Part shown: piece by piece, positions 39,978-50,161 of the stretch | Layout: each line of letters starts with the position of its first letter | How positions within the stretch are numbered: the first letter of the stretch is position 1 | From: Candidatus Eiseniibacteriota bacterium | GTDB lineage: Bacteria; Eisenbacteria; RBG-16-71-46; SZUA-252 | Direction of reading: 5' to 3' | DNA length: 64,000 nucleotides | NCBI GenBank assembly: GCA_963703225.1 | Contig: OY969801.1 | Coordinates: forward strand, 1,472,001 to 1,536,000 | Program-made: the position numbers and the translations under genes | The notes under the pieces: generated by a model | The model's database searches: none | What the model was told of the DNA's origin: nothing | What the model saw: only the letters and a program-made list of their open reading frames with translations

Positions 39978-40762
39978 GCGCCGGGCGACCGCCTCCAGAC
40001 CCCCCAGGGCGCGTCGCCACGCGCATGCATCTGCTCCAGAGCCTGCCGGTCTTTGAAGGTATCCATGCTGGCCCAAAATCCCTCATGGCGGTATCCCATC
40101 AAGAGATTCTTCGGGATCAGACGGGGAAACGCGTCGCCCACAAGGTCTTCGCCATCCTTCAGGTAATCGAAGATCGTCTGACGCAGAATGAAGTAACCGC
40201 CGTTGATCAGAGGTCCGGACTCCGAGAGCGGCTCGATGCTCGTGACCTTGCCCCCGTCTTCGAGTGTAACGCCGTGGTAGCTCAGCGGCGGCCGCACGCA
40301 AAGGAATCCCCCGACCCTCTCCTCGCCCCGGAATCGATCGATCATCCGCGGCAGGTCCAGGTCGGTCAGGCCGTCGCTGTAGTTCGCGAGGAACATCTCC
40401 TCCCCGGCGAGGTGACTCCGCACCGCGCGAAGCCGTTGTCCGATGCTCGAGTGGACGCCGGTTTCGACAAAGGTGATCTGCCAGTCCTCGATATCCTTGC
40501 TCAAGAGCTTGAGATCGCGTCCCCCACCGGAGAGCACAAAGTCGTTGGAGACCGCCTCGCTGTAGTTCAGGAAATAGTTCTTGATGACCTCGGACTTGTG
40601 CCCGAGGCAGAGGAGGAACTCCTTGTGGCCGAAGTGAGCGTAGTACTTCATGACGTGCCAGAGGATCGGCCGGTGACCGATCATCATCATCGGCTTCGGG
40701 ATCTCCTCCGAGACGTCGCGCAAACGCAGGCCCAGCCCGCCGCAAAACAGGACGACCTTCAT
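39974..40762 (-). CDS. Glucose-1-phosphate cytidylyltransferase-like nucleotidyltransferase (RfbF-like)
   Basis: MKVVLFCGGLGLR, PKPM, NYSDG, INGGYF, FWASMDT.KD. Confidence 0.85.
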   Translation of the reverse strand: MKVVLFCGGLGLRLRDVSEEIPKPMMMIGHRPILWHVMKYYAHFGHKEFLLCLGHKSEVIKNYFLNYSEAVSNDFVLSGGGRDLKLLSKDIEDWQITFVETGVHSSIGQRLRAVRSHLAGEEMFLANYSDGLTDLDLPRMIDRFRGEERVGGFLCVRPPLSYHGVTLEDGGKVTSIEPLSESGPLINGGYFILRQTIFDYLKDGEDLVGDAFPRLIPKNLLMGYRHEGFWASMDTFKDRQALEQMHARGDAPWGVWRRSPGA

Positions 40763-40794
40763 ACCCTTCACACCAGATTGTTTGGACGGAGGGT

Positions 40795-43700
40795 TCAACG
40801 CAAGACGACTAGCTTCTTGGTGAGTCTTGTCCCGGCCGTCTCGAGCTGTTCGAAATAGACTCCCCCGGCCAGGTTTCTGGGCTGGAACGGAAATTCGTAG
40901 CGCCGTTGTCCGTCGGCGACCGCGTCGAACAGGGTCGCGACCAGGGCTCCGCGAACATCGAAAAGGCGCAGCGTGACGTGGCCCGACCGGGGAACGGCAA
41001 ATCCGACCTGGCTACTCGTGCGCATCGGGTTCGGAGAGGAGGGAAAGAGTGTGACGCGCTCGATGGCAGGCGCGGGGGGTGGCTCGACCGCCGTCACGGT
41101 GTCCGTGGCGCGGAGCCGCCCCGAGGGAATGATCTGCTTGGCCTGGCCGGTGCATTGCCAGGAGAGGTGGGCCTGGGCGCCTCCCAGATCCTCGTAGTAC
41201 TCCATCGTGATGGGATACCACGCACCCGCCGTGAGCGAGATATCGCCGAACCACTCGGTACCCGGCTGGTTATGCCACTGGTTGACCACGAGCTGGCCGT
41301 TGACCCAAAGCCTGACACCGTCATCGGTGAGTGTGAAAAACCGATACGATTGCGTGAACTGGGGCTGGACGAGCCCCTTCCATCTCACGCAGAACACCTC
41401 GGACGGCACCGCCGGCGATGGCGAGCCCTGCCCCCAATCAAAGTCCACCGTCGAATCGATACGGGACAGCACTTCGTTTGTAAAGTTTTGCGACGCGTAA
41501 TACTTTCCTATGAGTCCACTCGGGAAGGGGCCGACGACGACGTAAGCTGACTTCTGGCCGAACACGGCGCCGTTGGCTCCTGTCACGGTGAGCTTCACAT
41601 CGAAGGATCCCCTGCCCACGTACGTGTGGATTGGATTCTGCTCCGTGCTGGTCCCACCGTCCCCGAAATCCCAGAACCAACCGGAGGGGGACGGAACATT
41701 GGACTGATCGAGAAACGTCACGGTAAGAGGTATGTCGCCGCTCCGGGGAGAGGCCACGAAGTTCGAAACCCCCCGATACCGGACCCGGAGCACGTTGGCG
41801 CCTGGATCGATGGCCGATGTCGCGCCCTGATCCTTGTAGAGATCCGTGAAGTAGAGCCCGTCCGGCCCCGTGGCGAGCCCCACGGCGGTCGCCCGCCCCG
41901 TGCCGTTGTACTGAACCAGCGTCGCCGGTCCGCTGACGAGGGTTCCCGATGGACTCACGACAAATTCCGCGATGCGCTTCGAGTCGAAGGACGGCCCCGG
42001 CGCGTATGTGGACCCCGACAGGCTCACGAACGCATGGTCGTACGCGCTCGTGGGGTAGAAACTTCCACCGAAGGTCTCGGGCTGGATGAAGGTGATGTTG
42101 ACGGGCGCCACCGTGTTGACCCAGTTGTAGATCGCGTTGATGGTCATGCTGGCGTCCGTGCCGTTCCAGCCGTAGCTCGTTCCACTCAGCACCCTCGCGA
42201 ACCGATCGTTGGCTCCGTTTCCGTTCTCGACTTCGTAGTGTTGCCCGTCCAACGCCCGCCAGGCGCCCCCAAATGGGTTGCGGAACCCGTACGCGTAGAC
42301 GTAGTCACGCGCATTGATTCCGTTGGCGGCGTTGTAGAACGGATTGTCGCTAGGCGCCGATCCATCCAGGTTCATTCGCAAGATCTTGCCGCGGAAGGAG
42401 TCGAGGTTGAGGGCTGTCGCGGTCGTGAACCCGTCACCCATATGCACGTAAAGCTTTCCATCGGGCCCGAGCGAAAAGTTGGAAATGAAGTGGGACTGTC
42501 CCTGCTCCTCGCCCGGCATGCTGAGGATCGTGGTCTGGGTCGCCGCAGTCCTGCCCCCGTCCGTGCTATGAAACCGAACCACCTTCGGATAGTGGGTCCC
42601 GTTGGGGGGGTTCGAATCGTAGAGCATCCCCGCGAAGAGGTCCCCCGTGGCCGGATCGACCACGATGCCCGCGAGGCCCTGCTCGCCTGACCCCGGGAAC
42701 GACCCTCCTGGATCGAAGTTCAGCAAATTCGACGCATAGTTCGAGACCGTTCCCCCGCGCGTTACCATCTTGATGGTGCCGTAGAGCTCGGTCACGTAAT
42801 AGAGGGGGTCGTTCGAATTCGGGCCCGGGTTCGGCAGAAAGGCGATGTTGACGGGGAGTTGAAAACCCGTCGCGACGATCTCCACCTCGAACCCAGGCTG
42901 GACCACCGTCCAGGGCACGGGGGAGCCCCGGGCCAGCGTGGACAAATCAGGGCTCGTTTGACCGGCCGATCCGAGGTAGGTGCTTCCGTCGGCTCCGATC
43001 CAAAAATAGATCTGGCCGCCCGAGGGAACGCTGACCGAGGGGAGGTAGATCGTTTGAAACCGTCCCAGTCCGTCGGTGAACGCGAGACGCGACGGCGGGA
43101 GCGCGACCGGGGTGCTTCCCGCGGCTATGGTCAGCCTCGGCGACACGTCCGCGGGGAGCGCCGCGGGGTTTGTCTCCGTATTCGTAAGGCCGTCGTTTCC
43201 CCTCTCCTCCAGAAGCAGGGCTCCCGATCCGGATTCCAGGCGCAGGACCGGTTGGGCGACCCCTGGCGGAAGAATGATCGGTACACTCGACTCATCATTC
43301 CACGTGGTCCCGCCGCCAACGTCGTTCATGATCAGCGGGAAAACTTGGGTCTGAGAGCCTGTGGAGAATGGCAGCTCGGCAAACGCGCCCCATAGGCCCG
43401 TGTCATCCTTGAATCGGACCCGAAGTTTGTAGTTCGTGCTATAGAAAAGGCTCGTGCGCCCGGCATGGGAGTTCTCGAACACGCCGTCGCCCAGATGCGT
43501 GTGGACCTTCTCGATTCCGGTAATGCAGCTGGTCACCCACACGCGCTCGCTGGGCGAGATGGTCCAAATTTCCCAGTCGGTGCAGAAGTGCGTATCCCCT
43601 GGGTCGGGATCGGAGAAGGGGCCCGCTTCCATGTGGACGTCAAAGGGGCTCACCACTTGATCGAAAATGGGCGAGGTGATGGGGGGTGCGTCGGGCGGCG

Positions 43701-43809
43701 ATTGCGCGCGGGCACCGCAGGGGGCGAGAAGCAGCCATCCCATGGCAACGTGCGCGACCGCCGCGAGGCACCTACCGCGGGCGCCGCTGCCACGACCCAT
43801 CCAATTCAT
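40795..43809 (-). CDS. Secreted multidomain protein: PQQ-dependent sugar dehydrogenase-like (GSDH) propeller, PKD, PA14 and FlgD/T9SS-like C-terminal domain
   Basis: GPDGKLYV..GD, GKILR, PSDNPF, YGFRNPF; WDFGDG (PKD); DFDWG, VRWKG, DDGVRLWVNG (PA14); PNP...LFDVRG...GVYF; start uncertain. Confidence 0.85.
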   Translation of the reverse strand: MNWMGRGSGARGRCLAAVAHVAMGWLLLAPCGARAQSPPDAPPITSPIFDQVVSPFDVHMEAGPFSDPDPGDTHFCTDWEIWTISPSERVWVTSCITGIEKVHTHLGDGVFENSHAGRTSLFYSTNYKLRVRFKDDTGLWGAFAELPFSTGSQTQVFPLIMNDVGGGTTWNDESSVPIILPPGVAQPVLRLESGSGALLLEERGNDGLTNTETNPAALPADVSPRLTIAAGSTPVALPPSRLAFTDGLGRFQTIYLPSVSVPSGGQIYFWIGADGSTYLGSAGQTSPDLSTLARGSPVPWTVVQPGFEVEIVATGFQLPVNIAFLPNPGPNSNDPLYYVTELYGTIKMVTRGGTVSNYASNLLNFDPGGSFPGSGEQGLAGIVVDPATGDLFAGMLYDSNPPNGTHYPKVVRFHSTDGGRTAATQTTILSMPGEEQGQSHFISNFSLGPDGKLYVHMGDGFTTATALNLDSFRGKILRMNLDGSAPSDNPFYNAANGINARDYVYAYGFRNPFGGAWRALDGQHYEVENGNGANDRFARVLSGTSYGWNGTDASMTINAIYNWVNTVAPVNITFIQPETFGGSFYPTSAYDHAFVSLSGSTYAPGPSFDSKRIAEFVVSPSGTLVSGPATLVQYNGTGRATAVGLATGPDGLYFTDLYKDQGATSAIDPGANVLRVRYRGVSNFVASPRSGDIPLTVTFLDQSNVPSPSGWFWDFGDGGTSTEQNPIHTYVGRGSFDVKLTVTGANGAVFGQKSAYVVVGPFPSGLIGKYYASQNFTNEVLSRIDSTVDFDWGQGSPSPAVPSEVFCVRWKGLVQPQFTQSYRFFTLTDDGVRLWVNGQLVVNQWHNQPGTEWFGDISLTAGAWYPITMEYYEDLGGAQAHLSWQCTGQAKQIIPSGRLRATDTVTAVEPPPAPAIERVTLFPSSPNPMRTSSQVGFAVPRSGHVTLRLFDVRGALVATLFDAVADGQRRYEFPFQPRNLAGGVYFEQLETAGTRLTKKLVVLR

Positions 43810-43914
43810 TTCGTCGGAGAGTTCCCTAGCGTCGAAGCCATGGACGCGCCTCTTTGGTGCGTCCAGCACGTAACCCGCTCTTGGCCAGCGGACTCCGTGT
43901 CGTCAATCCAAAGA

Positions 43915-43923
43915 ATTATATCA
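43915..43923 (-). promoter_or_regulatory. Extended -10 promoter element for the GSDH gene
   Basis: TGATATAAT on the minus strand in the divergent intergenic region. Confidence 0.5.
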
Positions 43924-44089
43924 CATGGGAGAGCGCCACGCAGGGCCCGAGCAAGTTTCCACCAGCGCCCGGACCGGCAGATTCCTTACCACGGCGGCCG
44001 GGCACGGTGTCCGGGCCGGGCCAGGCCCCGCGTCAGGGCACGCGCCTCTGGACTTCGGGGGAAACTCTATGTAGCGTGACGACCTACCC

Positions 44090-45484
44090 ATGGCACGGAT
44101 GCCTCCCAACCCCGCTCCTCGCAAGACCCGGGCGCAAGGTCGGCCCCGGGACCTGTCGCTCCCCAAAGGTAGCTCCATCCCCGAAGGACCGTACCGGCCC
44201 GAGGACGGGGTTGGCGCCCGGATGCACGACCTCATTCGGGCACTCTACCCCATTTGCCGCAGCATCACCGGCGATGGCGTGCGCCAGACTCTCGAGATCC
44301 TGCGCCAGCTGGTCCCGCTCACCGTCCATGAAGTCCCCTCGGGAACGCGTGTGCTGGACTGGACGGTGCCCCGCGAGTGGAACATCCGCGAGGCTTACAT
44401 CAAGGATCCCAAGGGCGCCTTGGTGGTCGATTTCAAGGCCTCGAACCTTCACGTCGTCGGCTACAGCGTGCCGGTCCGGACCAAGCTGCCGCTCCACGAG
44501 CTCCGGGAGCACCTCTTCACGCTTCCCGATGCGCCGGACCTGATCCCCTATCGGACAAGCTACTACCGGGAAACATGGGGGTTTTGCCTCAGCCAGCGTC
44601 AGCTCGACGCCCTCCCCGACGGCGAGTATGAGGTGGTGATCGACGCGACGCTCGCGGACGGGAACCTGACGTACGGCGAGCTCCTGGTGCGCGGGTCGAG
44701 CGAGGAGGAGATCCTATTCTCCTGCCACACCTGCCATCCCTCGCTTTGCAACGATAACCTGTCGGGCATCGCGCTCACGACGTTTCTCGCGAAGCACGTA
44801 TCCGCTTTGTCGCTTCGCCACTCCTGCCGGTTTCTCTTCCTGCCGGTGACCATTGGGTCGATCACCTGGCTGCACCGGAATCGCGACCAACTCGCGCGGA
44901 TCCGCCACGGCCTTGTGGTGACGTGCGTCGGGGATCGAGGCCGATTCCGATACAAGAAGTCGCGCCGAGGGGATGCCGAAATCGATCGCGTCGTCCCCTA
45001 CGTCCTGCGGGCTTCCGGCTTCGAGCACGAATGCGTCGATTTCTCTCCGTATGGATATGACGAGCGCCAGTACTGCTCGCCCGGATTCAACCTCCCCGTC
45101 GGGTCGCTCACGCGGTCGAGCCATGGGACCTACGCCGAGTATCACACCTCAGCGGACAACTTGGGCTTCGTGCACCCGGACTCTCTACAAGAGTCGCTCG
45201 CCCGCTACCTCGACGTCGTTCGGGTGCTCGAGGGGAACGGCCGCTACGAGAACCGTGCCCCGTTCGGCGAGCCGCAGCTGGGAACCCGCGGGCTCTACAA
45301 GAGCGCCGGTGGGCCCATCCGCGACTCGAGCGACGAGATGGCGATGCTCTGGGTGCTCAGCTTCTCCGACGGAACCCACTCGCTTCTCGACATCGCCATT
45401 CGGTCGGGGGTTTCGTTCGAGGCTCTTCGCAGGGCCGCCGATTCGCTTCTGGCGGCCGGGCTGCTGGGCTCGAGCGCCACGTGA
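44090..45484 (+). CDS. DUF4910 family aminopeptidase-like polysaccharide biosynthesis protein
   Basis: CRSITGDGVR.TL, DW.VP.EW, IPYRTSYY, CHPS..NDNLSG, GYDERQY.SPG, EYHTS.D; start may be ATG near 44222. Confidence 0.85.
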   Translation: MARMPPNPAPRKTRAQGRPRDLSLPKGSSIPEGPYRPEDGVGARMHDLIRALYPICRSITGDGVRQTLEILRQLVPLTVHEVPSGTRVLDWTVPREWNIREAYIKDPKGALVVDFKASNLHVVGYSVPVRTKLPLHELREHLFTLPDAPDLIPYRTSYYRETWGFCLSQRQLDALPDGEYEVVIDATLADGNLTYGELLVRGSSEEEILFSCHTCHPSLCNDNLSGIALTTFLAKHVSALSLRHSCRFLFLPVTIGSITWLHRNRDQLARIRHGLVVTCVGDRGRFRYKKSRRGDAEIDRVVPYVLRASGFEHECVDFSPYGYDERQYCSPGFNLPVGSLTRSSHGTYAEYHTSADNLGFVHPDSLQESLARYLDVVRVLEGNGRYENRAPFGEPQLGTRGLYKSAGGPIRDSSDEMAMLWVLSFSDGTHSLLDIAIRSGVSFEALRRAADSLLAAGLLGSSAT

Positions 45485-46737
45485 CCGGCCCGCGCTTCCC
45501 CGAGGTTGGGGTCCTGGCGCTGGTCCCAGACCGGTGGGGCCCCGAGTGGCAAGTGCGCCATCATGTGCTGACGCGCCTCGCCCGCCACTTCCACGTCCTA
45601 TGGGTGAACCCCGCGCAGGGATGGCGCGAGCGAGGACACCGCCGGCACCGGGACTCACCCCTTTTGGGCCACGCGTCGATTCCCCCGGGGTTCGAGGTCT
45701 ACACGCCGGAGCGATGGCTCCCCCTCCTCTACCGTCCCACAGCCCTCGCTCGCTGGACCCTCGACGTTCGGCTCCGGCGGGCCCGCGCCAAGCTCGTCGC
45801 GCGCGGGGTGAAGCGAATCGTCCTCTACATATGGCGCCCGGAGTTTGCGCCGGCTCTCGAGTGCCATCGTCACGATGTGAGCGTCTACCATATCGACGAC
45901 GAGTACTCGTTCTCACCGGTCGAGGTACCCACCTCTCCGGTCGAACGCGCGCTCATCGCTTCCGTCGACCAGGTGATCATTCATTCCCCGGGTCTCATGG
46001 AGAAGAAGGGAAAGATCAACCCGCGCACCGATTTTGTGCCCAACGGCGTCGAGTACGAGCGCTTCGCGGCGGACCAACCGGAACCGTCGGCCCTCGCGAA
46101 CATCCCGTCCCCGCGGGTCGGTTACATCGGGGTTCTCAAGAGGACGCTCGACTGGCCGCTGATCCAGTACTTGAGCGAGCGGCGCCCCGAATGGTCGCTG
46201 GTTCTCATGGGGCCGCGAACCTCCATTTCTTACATCGAGGGTCCGATCCTGGAACTATCCCGCCGGCCGAACGTGCACATCCTCCCCGGACTCCCGACGA
46301 GCGAGGTGGCCCCGTACCCCCAGCACTTGGACGTCTGCATCCTCCCCTACGTGGAGGATGATTACGGTAAGTACGTGTATCCACTGAAGTTGCATGAGTA
46401 TCTCGCGGGGGGTCGTCCGGTGGTGGGAGCCCGCATCCGGAGCCTGGAGGACTTTGGGGACGTGATCGGGTTGGCCTCGACCCCTGAGGAGTGGCTCGGC
46501 GCGATCTCTCGGGCCCTCACAACCGAGGAGCAAGGCATGGCGAGAATCGCGGCGCGGCGCGCCGTCGCGCGGGCGCACGATTGGGACAGCCTCGTGGAGC
46601 GGGTCGCCGCCTTGATCGCCGCGCGGCTCGGCGGCTCGGTGGCTTCGGGCTACCCGGAGCTCGGCGGAATGCGCACCACTCCGCCGGAGGAGAGCTCCAC
46701 GTCGGCGACACCGCCGCCGTACGTTCGCGTCTCTTGA
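45481..46737 (+). CDS. Glycosyltransferase (GT4-like/TuaH-like)
   Basis: YHIDDEY, VPNGV, PLKLHEYLAGG.PVV; overlaps the convergent wzt 3' end by 88 bp. Confidence 0.85.
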   Translation: MTGPRFPEVGVLALVPDRWGPEWQVRHHVLTRLARHFHVLWVNPAQGWRERGHRRHRDSPLLGHASIPPGFEVYTPERWLPLLYRPTALARWTLDVRLRRARAKLVARGVKRIVLYIWRPEFAPALECHRHDVSVYHIDDEYSFSPVEVPTSPVERALIASVDQVIIHSPGLMEKKGKINPRTDFVPNGVEYERFAADQPEPSALANIPSPRVGYIGVLKRTLDWPLIQYLSERRPEWSLVLMGPRTSISYIEGPILELSRRPNVHILPGLPTSEVAPYPQHLDVCILPYVEDDYGKYVYPLKLHEYLAGGRPVVGARIRSLEDFGDVIGLASTPEEWLGAISRALTTEEQGMARIAARRAVARAHDWDSLVERVAALIAARLGGSVASGYPELGGMRTTPPEESSTSATPPPYVRVS

Positions 46738-47873
46738 ACCGAGAACAGCCCTGCGGGAACGAGGTACGAAATCTGCGTGAAGGTCGGGTTGTCGAACACG
46801 TACGACCCGATGTGGTACTGGCCGCGCACCAGATGAGCGCGGAAATGAAAGTCGATCGTGAAGTTCTCCCCGGGCGTGAGCGTATCCAGCCCCAATTCCT
46901 CACTCCGTAGATTCCCATCGTAAACCTTCAGCCCGTCGGTAGAACGATACAGGATGAAGCTCATGTGGTAGTTGGTGACCGGTCGATGCACGTGATAGGT
47001 CACCCGGAGGGTGAGCGCGGCCCCAGGCGACACGGTGACCGCCGGCTCACCCCGCTCGTCGAGGAGCGTGGCGTTCATGATGTCGACCGACGCTCCGCGG
47101 GGCGCCGCCTCCTGGCGGGACGCCGCTCGGACATAGGTCGCGATCGCCTGCTGCGCCGGGCCCATGTCGCGGATCCCGCCTGACAGGTAGATGCCGGTGT
47201 CGCACAGCTCCGCCACCGCCTGCATGTTGTGCGAGACGAACGCGATCGCTACGCCCTGGCGCTTGAAGAGCTTCATTCGCTCGATGCATTTCTCTTGAAA
47301 CGCCATATCCCCCACCGAAAGGACTTCATCAATGATGAGCACGTCCGGGTCCAAGTGCGCGGCGACCGAGAACCCCAGTCGGGCGTGCATGCCGGAGGAG
47401 TAGCGCTTCACCGGCGTATCGATGAAATCGGCGACCCCCGCGAAGGCGACGATCTCGTCAATCTTCCGGACAATCTCGGTGGACCGCATGCCCATGATCG
47501 CGCCCTGCAGATATATGTTTTCCAAACCGGTGAGGTCCGGGTGGAATCCTGCCGCCACCTCGATGAGGGCCCCGACCCTGCCCCGCACCACGCACGCTCC
47601 GCGCGTCGGTCGCAGGATCTTGGTCAGAAGCTTGAGCATCGTGGACTTTCCTGCGCCGTTCGGCCCGATGATGCCCAGCGCTTCGCCCGCCTTCACTTGA
47701 AACGTGATCTCGCGCAGCGCCCAGAAGTCCCCTTCTCGAAGGTGCTCCGGCTTCGCCGCCTTTCCCAGAAGGTTCTTCGTGAGGGCGGGCAGGAGATCCC
47801 GAAGGCTGTCGTGGATCTCGCCTCGGTGGAACTTCTTCCATACGTCGAAGACTTCGATGGCGACGTCGGCCAT
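46650..47873 (-). CDS. wzt: ABC transporter ATP-binding protein with C-terminal Wzt carbohydrate-binding domain
   Basis: GPNGAGKST, YSSGM, IIDEVLSVGD, VSH. Confidence 0.9.
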   Translation of the reverse strand: MADVAIEVFDVWKKFHRGEIHDSLRDLLPALTKNLLGKAAKPEHLREGDFWALREITFQVKAGEALGIIGPNGAGKSTMLKLLTKILRPTRGACVVRGRVGALIEVAAGFHPDLTGLENIYLQGAIMGMRSTEIVRKIDEIVAFAGVADFIDTPVKRYSSGMHARLGFSVAAHLDPDVLIIDEVLSVGDMAFQEKCIERMKLFKRQGVAIAFVSHNMQAVAELCDTGIYLSGGIRDMGPAQQAIATYVRAASRQEAAPRGASVDIMNATLLDERGEPAVTVSPGAALTLRVTYHVHRPVTNYHMSFILYRSTDGLKVYDGNLRSEELGLDTLTPGENFTIDFHFRAHLVRGQYHIGSYVFDNPTFTQISYLVPAGLFSVQETRTYGGGVADVELSSGGVVRIPPSSG

Positions 47874-47879
47874 AGCCCT

Positions 47880-48815
47880 CTAGATGTACTCCGCGAAGAT
47901 GAATTCGAGGCGATGGAACAGGATCGCGCTCCCCAGGAGTCCCCCGACGCTGCAGACGAAACCGTAGGCGAGATACCAAGGAGTCCAGACCAGATAGGAG
48001 CTGCCGTTGGCGCCGAGCTTCGTGATCGGCTCGAGCAGGTTGTGTCCCTCAACCACGGCGAGCCGCAGCCCCTCCAGGAACGGCGACAGCGGATTCAGCA
48101 TGACGAGGTTGGAACCGAGGGCGCCGAGCATCGATGCGTCGAAGAGGACGGGCGTAAAGAAGATGCCGAACGTGAGCAACACCTGCACGATGTACTTTAC
48201 GTCCCGGAAGAAAAGATTGGCGCAACTGAGAAGGAGCCCCACCGCGGTCGTGAAGAGGAAGAAGAGAAGCACGAGTAACGGCACCCAGAGCAAGGCCCAG
48301 GAGAGGGTCACACCCATGAATGGAAGAGCGATGGCCACGACGACACCGCTGATCGAGGTGTCGAATGCCTGCGCGATTGTGGCGGCGAGCGGAAACACTT
48401 CGCGCGGCAAGTAGACCTTGGTAACGAGCGTGATGTTGGCGAGCAAGCTCGCGGCGGCAAATCCGATCGCGCCCACGAAGAAGGACCAGGGCAGAGCCTT
48501 GATGGTCAGGCTCGCGATGTCGGAGGCCTTGAGCGCGTGTCCCGCGAAGTTGGCCATGGCGACCTTGATCAATAGCCCGGCTCCCACGATGAGGGCCGGC
48601 ATCAACACCGCCCAACCGAAGCCCATCACGGCCTGCTTGTACCGGATTCGAATGTCACGAAGAGTAATCTGGTAGAGGAGCTCGCGGTGGGTCCAGAGAT
48701 CGTGCGCGATCTCGGAGAGATCGCGCAGCGCGGAAGCGCGCCGCGCCGGCGCCGTAGCGAGCGCGGACGACTGCGATGTCGAAGCCACGGGCGTCGGGGC
48801 GGGCAGCGTCGCCAT
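47880..48815 (-). CDS. wzm: ABC-2 polysaccharide transporter permease
   Basis: RDIRIRYKQ, KVYLPRE, FRDV, TPV.F, LNP. Confidence 0.9.
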   Translation of the reverse strand: MATLPAPTPVASTSQSSALATAPARRASALRDLSEIAHDLWTHRELLYQITLRDIRIRYKQAVMGFGWAVLMPALIVGAGLLIKVAMANFAGHALKASDIASLTIKALPWSFFVGAIGFAAASLLANITLVTKVYLPREVFPLAATIAQAFDTSISGVVVAIALPFMGVTLSWALLWVPLLVLLFFLFTTAVGLLLSCANLFFRDVKYIVQVLLTFGIFFTPVLFDASMLGALGSNLVMLNPLSPFLEGLRLAVVEGHNLLEPITKLGANGSSYLVWTPWYLAYGFVCSVGGLLGSAILFHRLEFIFAEYI

Positions 48816-48934
48816 GGTAGGTCAGTCCTGTCGAGCTTTGGTGATGGTGATCCCAGTGAGGGCAGCGTGGCCGGTTGCGGCTGACATCTGCTGAACCGAC
48901 GCCCCCAGAACGTTACCAGCACGCACGCGAAGCG

Positions 48935-50161
48935 TCAACGTGCATCCGCCCGGCGGGCGGGTCGGCGCCTCCCCGCCGCCACCAGCTCGAGGAGCTTCGT
49001 TTCCAGGAGCGCGCCGCTGTGCTCCCAACGATGATTCCGCTCGACGTATCGGCGGGCACGCTGGCCTAGCTCACGTCGGTTCCTCGCGTCGCGGAGCAGC
49101 GTCACCACCCTCTCCGCGAACTCGGCCGGCGAGTCCGCTCTTTGGACGCCGTCCGCGTCCCCGGCGCCCAGCGCCTGGAAGGCCACGTGCGTTCCTACGA
49201 CCGGAAGCCCGGAGGCCATCGCCTCGAGGACCTTGTTCTGAACCCCGCGGGCGATTCGAAATGGGGCGACCGCCAGCGCCGCCTCGGCAAGGTGGGGATG
49301 CACATCCGGCACGGAGCCGGTGACCGTGACGCCGGGAAGCCGCGCCAGCCGCCGCACCGCGGTCGCCGGATCACGGCCCACGATCTTGAACTTTGCGTCC
49401 GCCACCCGACGTCTGACTTCCGGAAAAATCTCGCGCGCAAAGTAGCTCACGGCGTCCACGTTCGGGAAATATCCCATGGCACCGGTAAAGATCACCACCG
49501 GCTCGTCGGGCCGCTCGCCGTCGGAGTTAGGACGGAACGCGTCGAGATCCACGCCGTTCGGGATGATGCAGAGGTCCCGGCCCGGAGCGCGACGCCGCAC
49601 GATGTCGGCTTCGGCTTCGGAGACAAAGATCGAGGCGTCGAACCGCGACGCCATGCGCGCCTCATAGCGCGCGAGCCGCTCCGCCTCCAGAGCGTACACG
49701 GCCGAAAACGGAAAGGGGCGAAGGCGCCCGTACGATCGCCACTTCTCCGAGTCCGCGTCCACGAAATCGAGGACTCTCGGAAGCCCCGTCGCTCGCTCGA
49801 TAAACTGGGCCATCGCCGCCGACTGGGCAATCAGGACGTCCGGGCCCTCTTGCTGGATCCGCCGCTCCACCAGCAGGCGAAGAGTCGGCGAATCGAACGC
49901 CGCGACCGAAAGCGAACGGCCGGTCGCGAGCGCCCCCAGTGCGAGCATCCGCGCCGCGCCCGGCGAGTGGGGAACGACATCCACGGAGGAGCAGAGTCTT
50001 TCGAGGGAGCGAGCGTGGTCCAGATCCTCGCGGGAGTCGGCGAGGCATGCCACGTGGACGCTGTGGCTCCGCACCAGGTGAACAATCTGGTGGTAGGCGC
50101 GTATCTTCTCTCCCTTGTTGGGTGGGTATGGCACCCGATGGCATAGATAGATGACCTTCAT
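48935..50161 (-). CDS. Glycosyltransferase family 4, PEP-CTERM/XrtA-associated
   Basis: HRVPYPPNKGEKIR, DFVDADSEKW, RGVQNKVLEAMA. Confidence 0.9.
   Translation of the reverse strand: MKVIYLCHRVPYPPNKGEKIRAYHQIVHLVRSHSVHVACLADSREDLDHARSLERLCSSVDVVPHSPGAARMLALGALATGRSLSVAAFDSPTLRLLVERRIQQEGPDVLIAQSAAMAQFIERATGLPRVLDFVDADSEKWRSYGRLRPFPFSAVYALEAERLARYEARMASRFDASIFVSEAEADIVRRRAPGRDLCIIPNGVDLDAFRPNSDGERPDEPVVIFTGAMGYFPNVDAVSYFAREIFPEVRRRVADAKFKIVGRDPATAVRRLARLPGVTVTGSVPDVHPHLAEAALAVAPFRIARGVQNKVLEAMASGLPVVGTHVAFQALGAGDADGVQRADSPAEFAERVVTLLRDARNRRELGQRARRYVERNHRWEHSGALLETKLLELVAAGRRRPARRADAR

Noticed and set aside
46650..46737. 88-bp convergent overlap between the glycosyltransferase and wzt as antisense regulation
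   Set aside because: Both tails are low-information, and such overlaps are common when stops are rare in high-GC genomes
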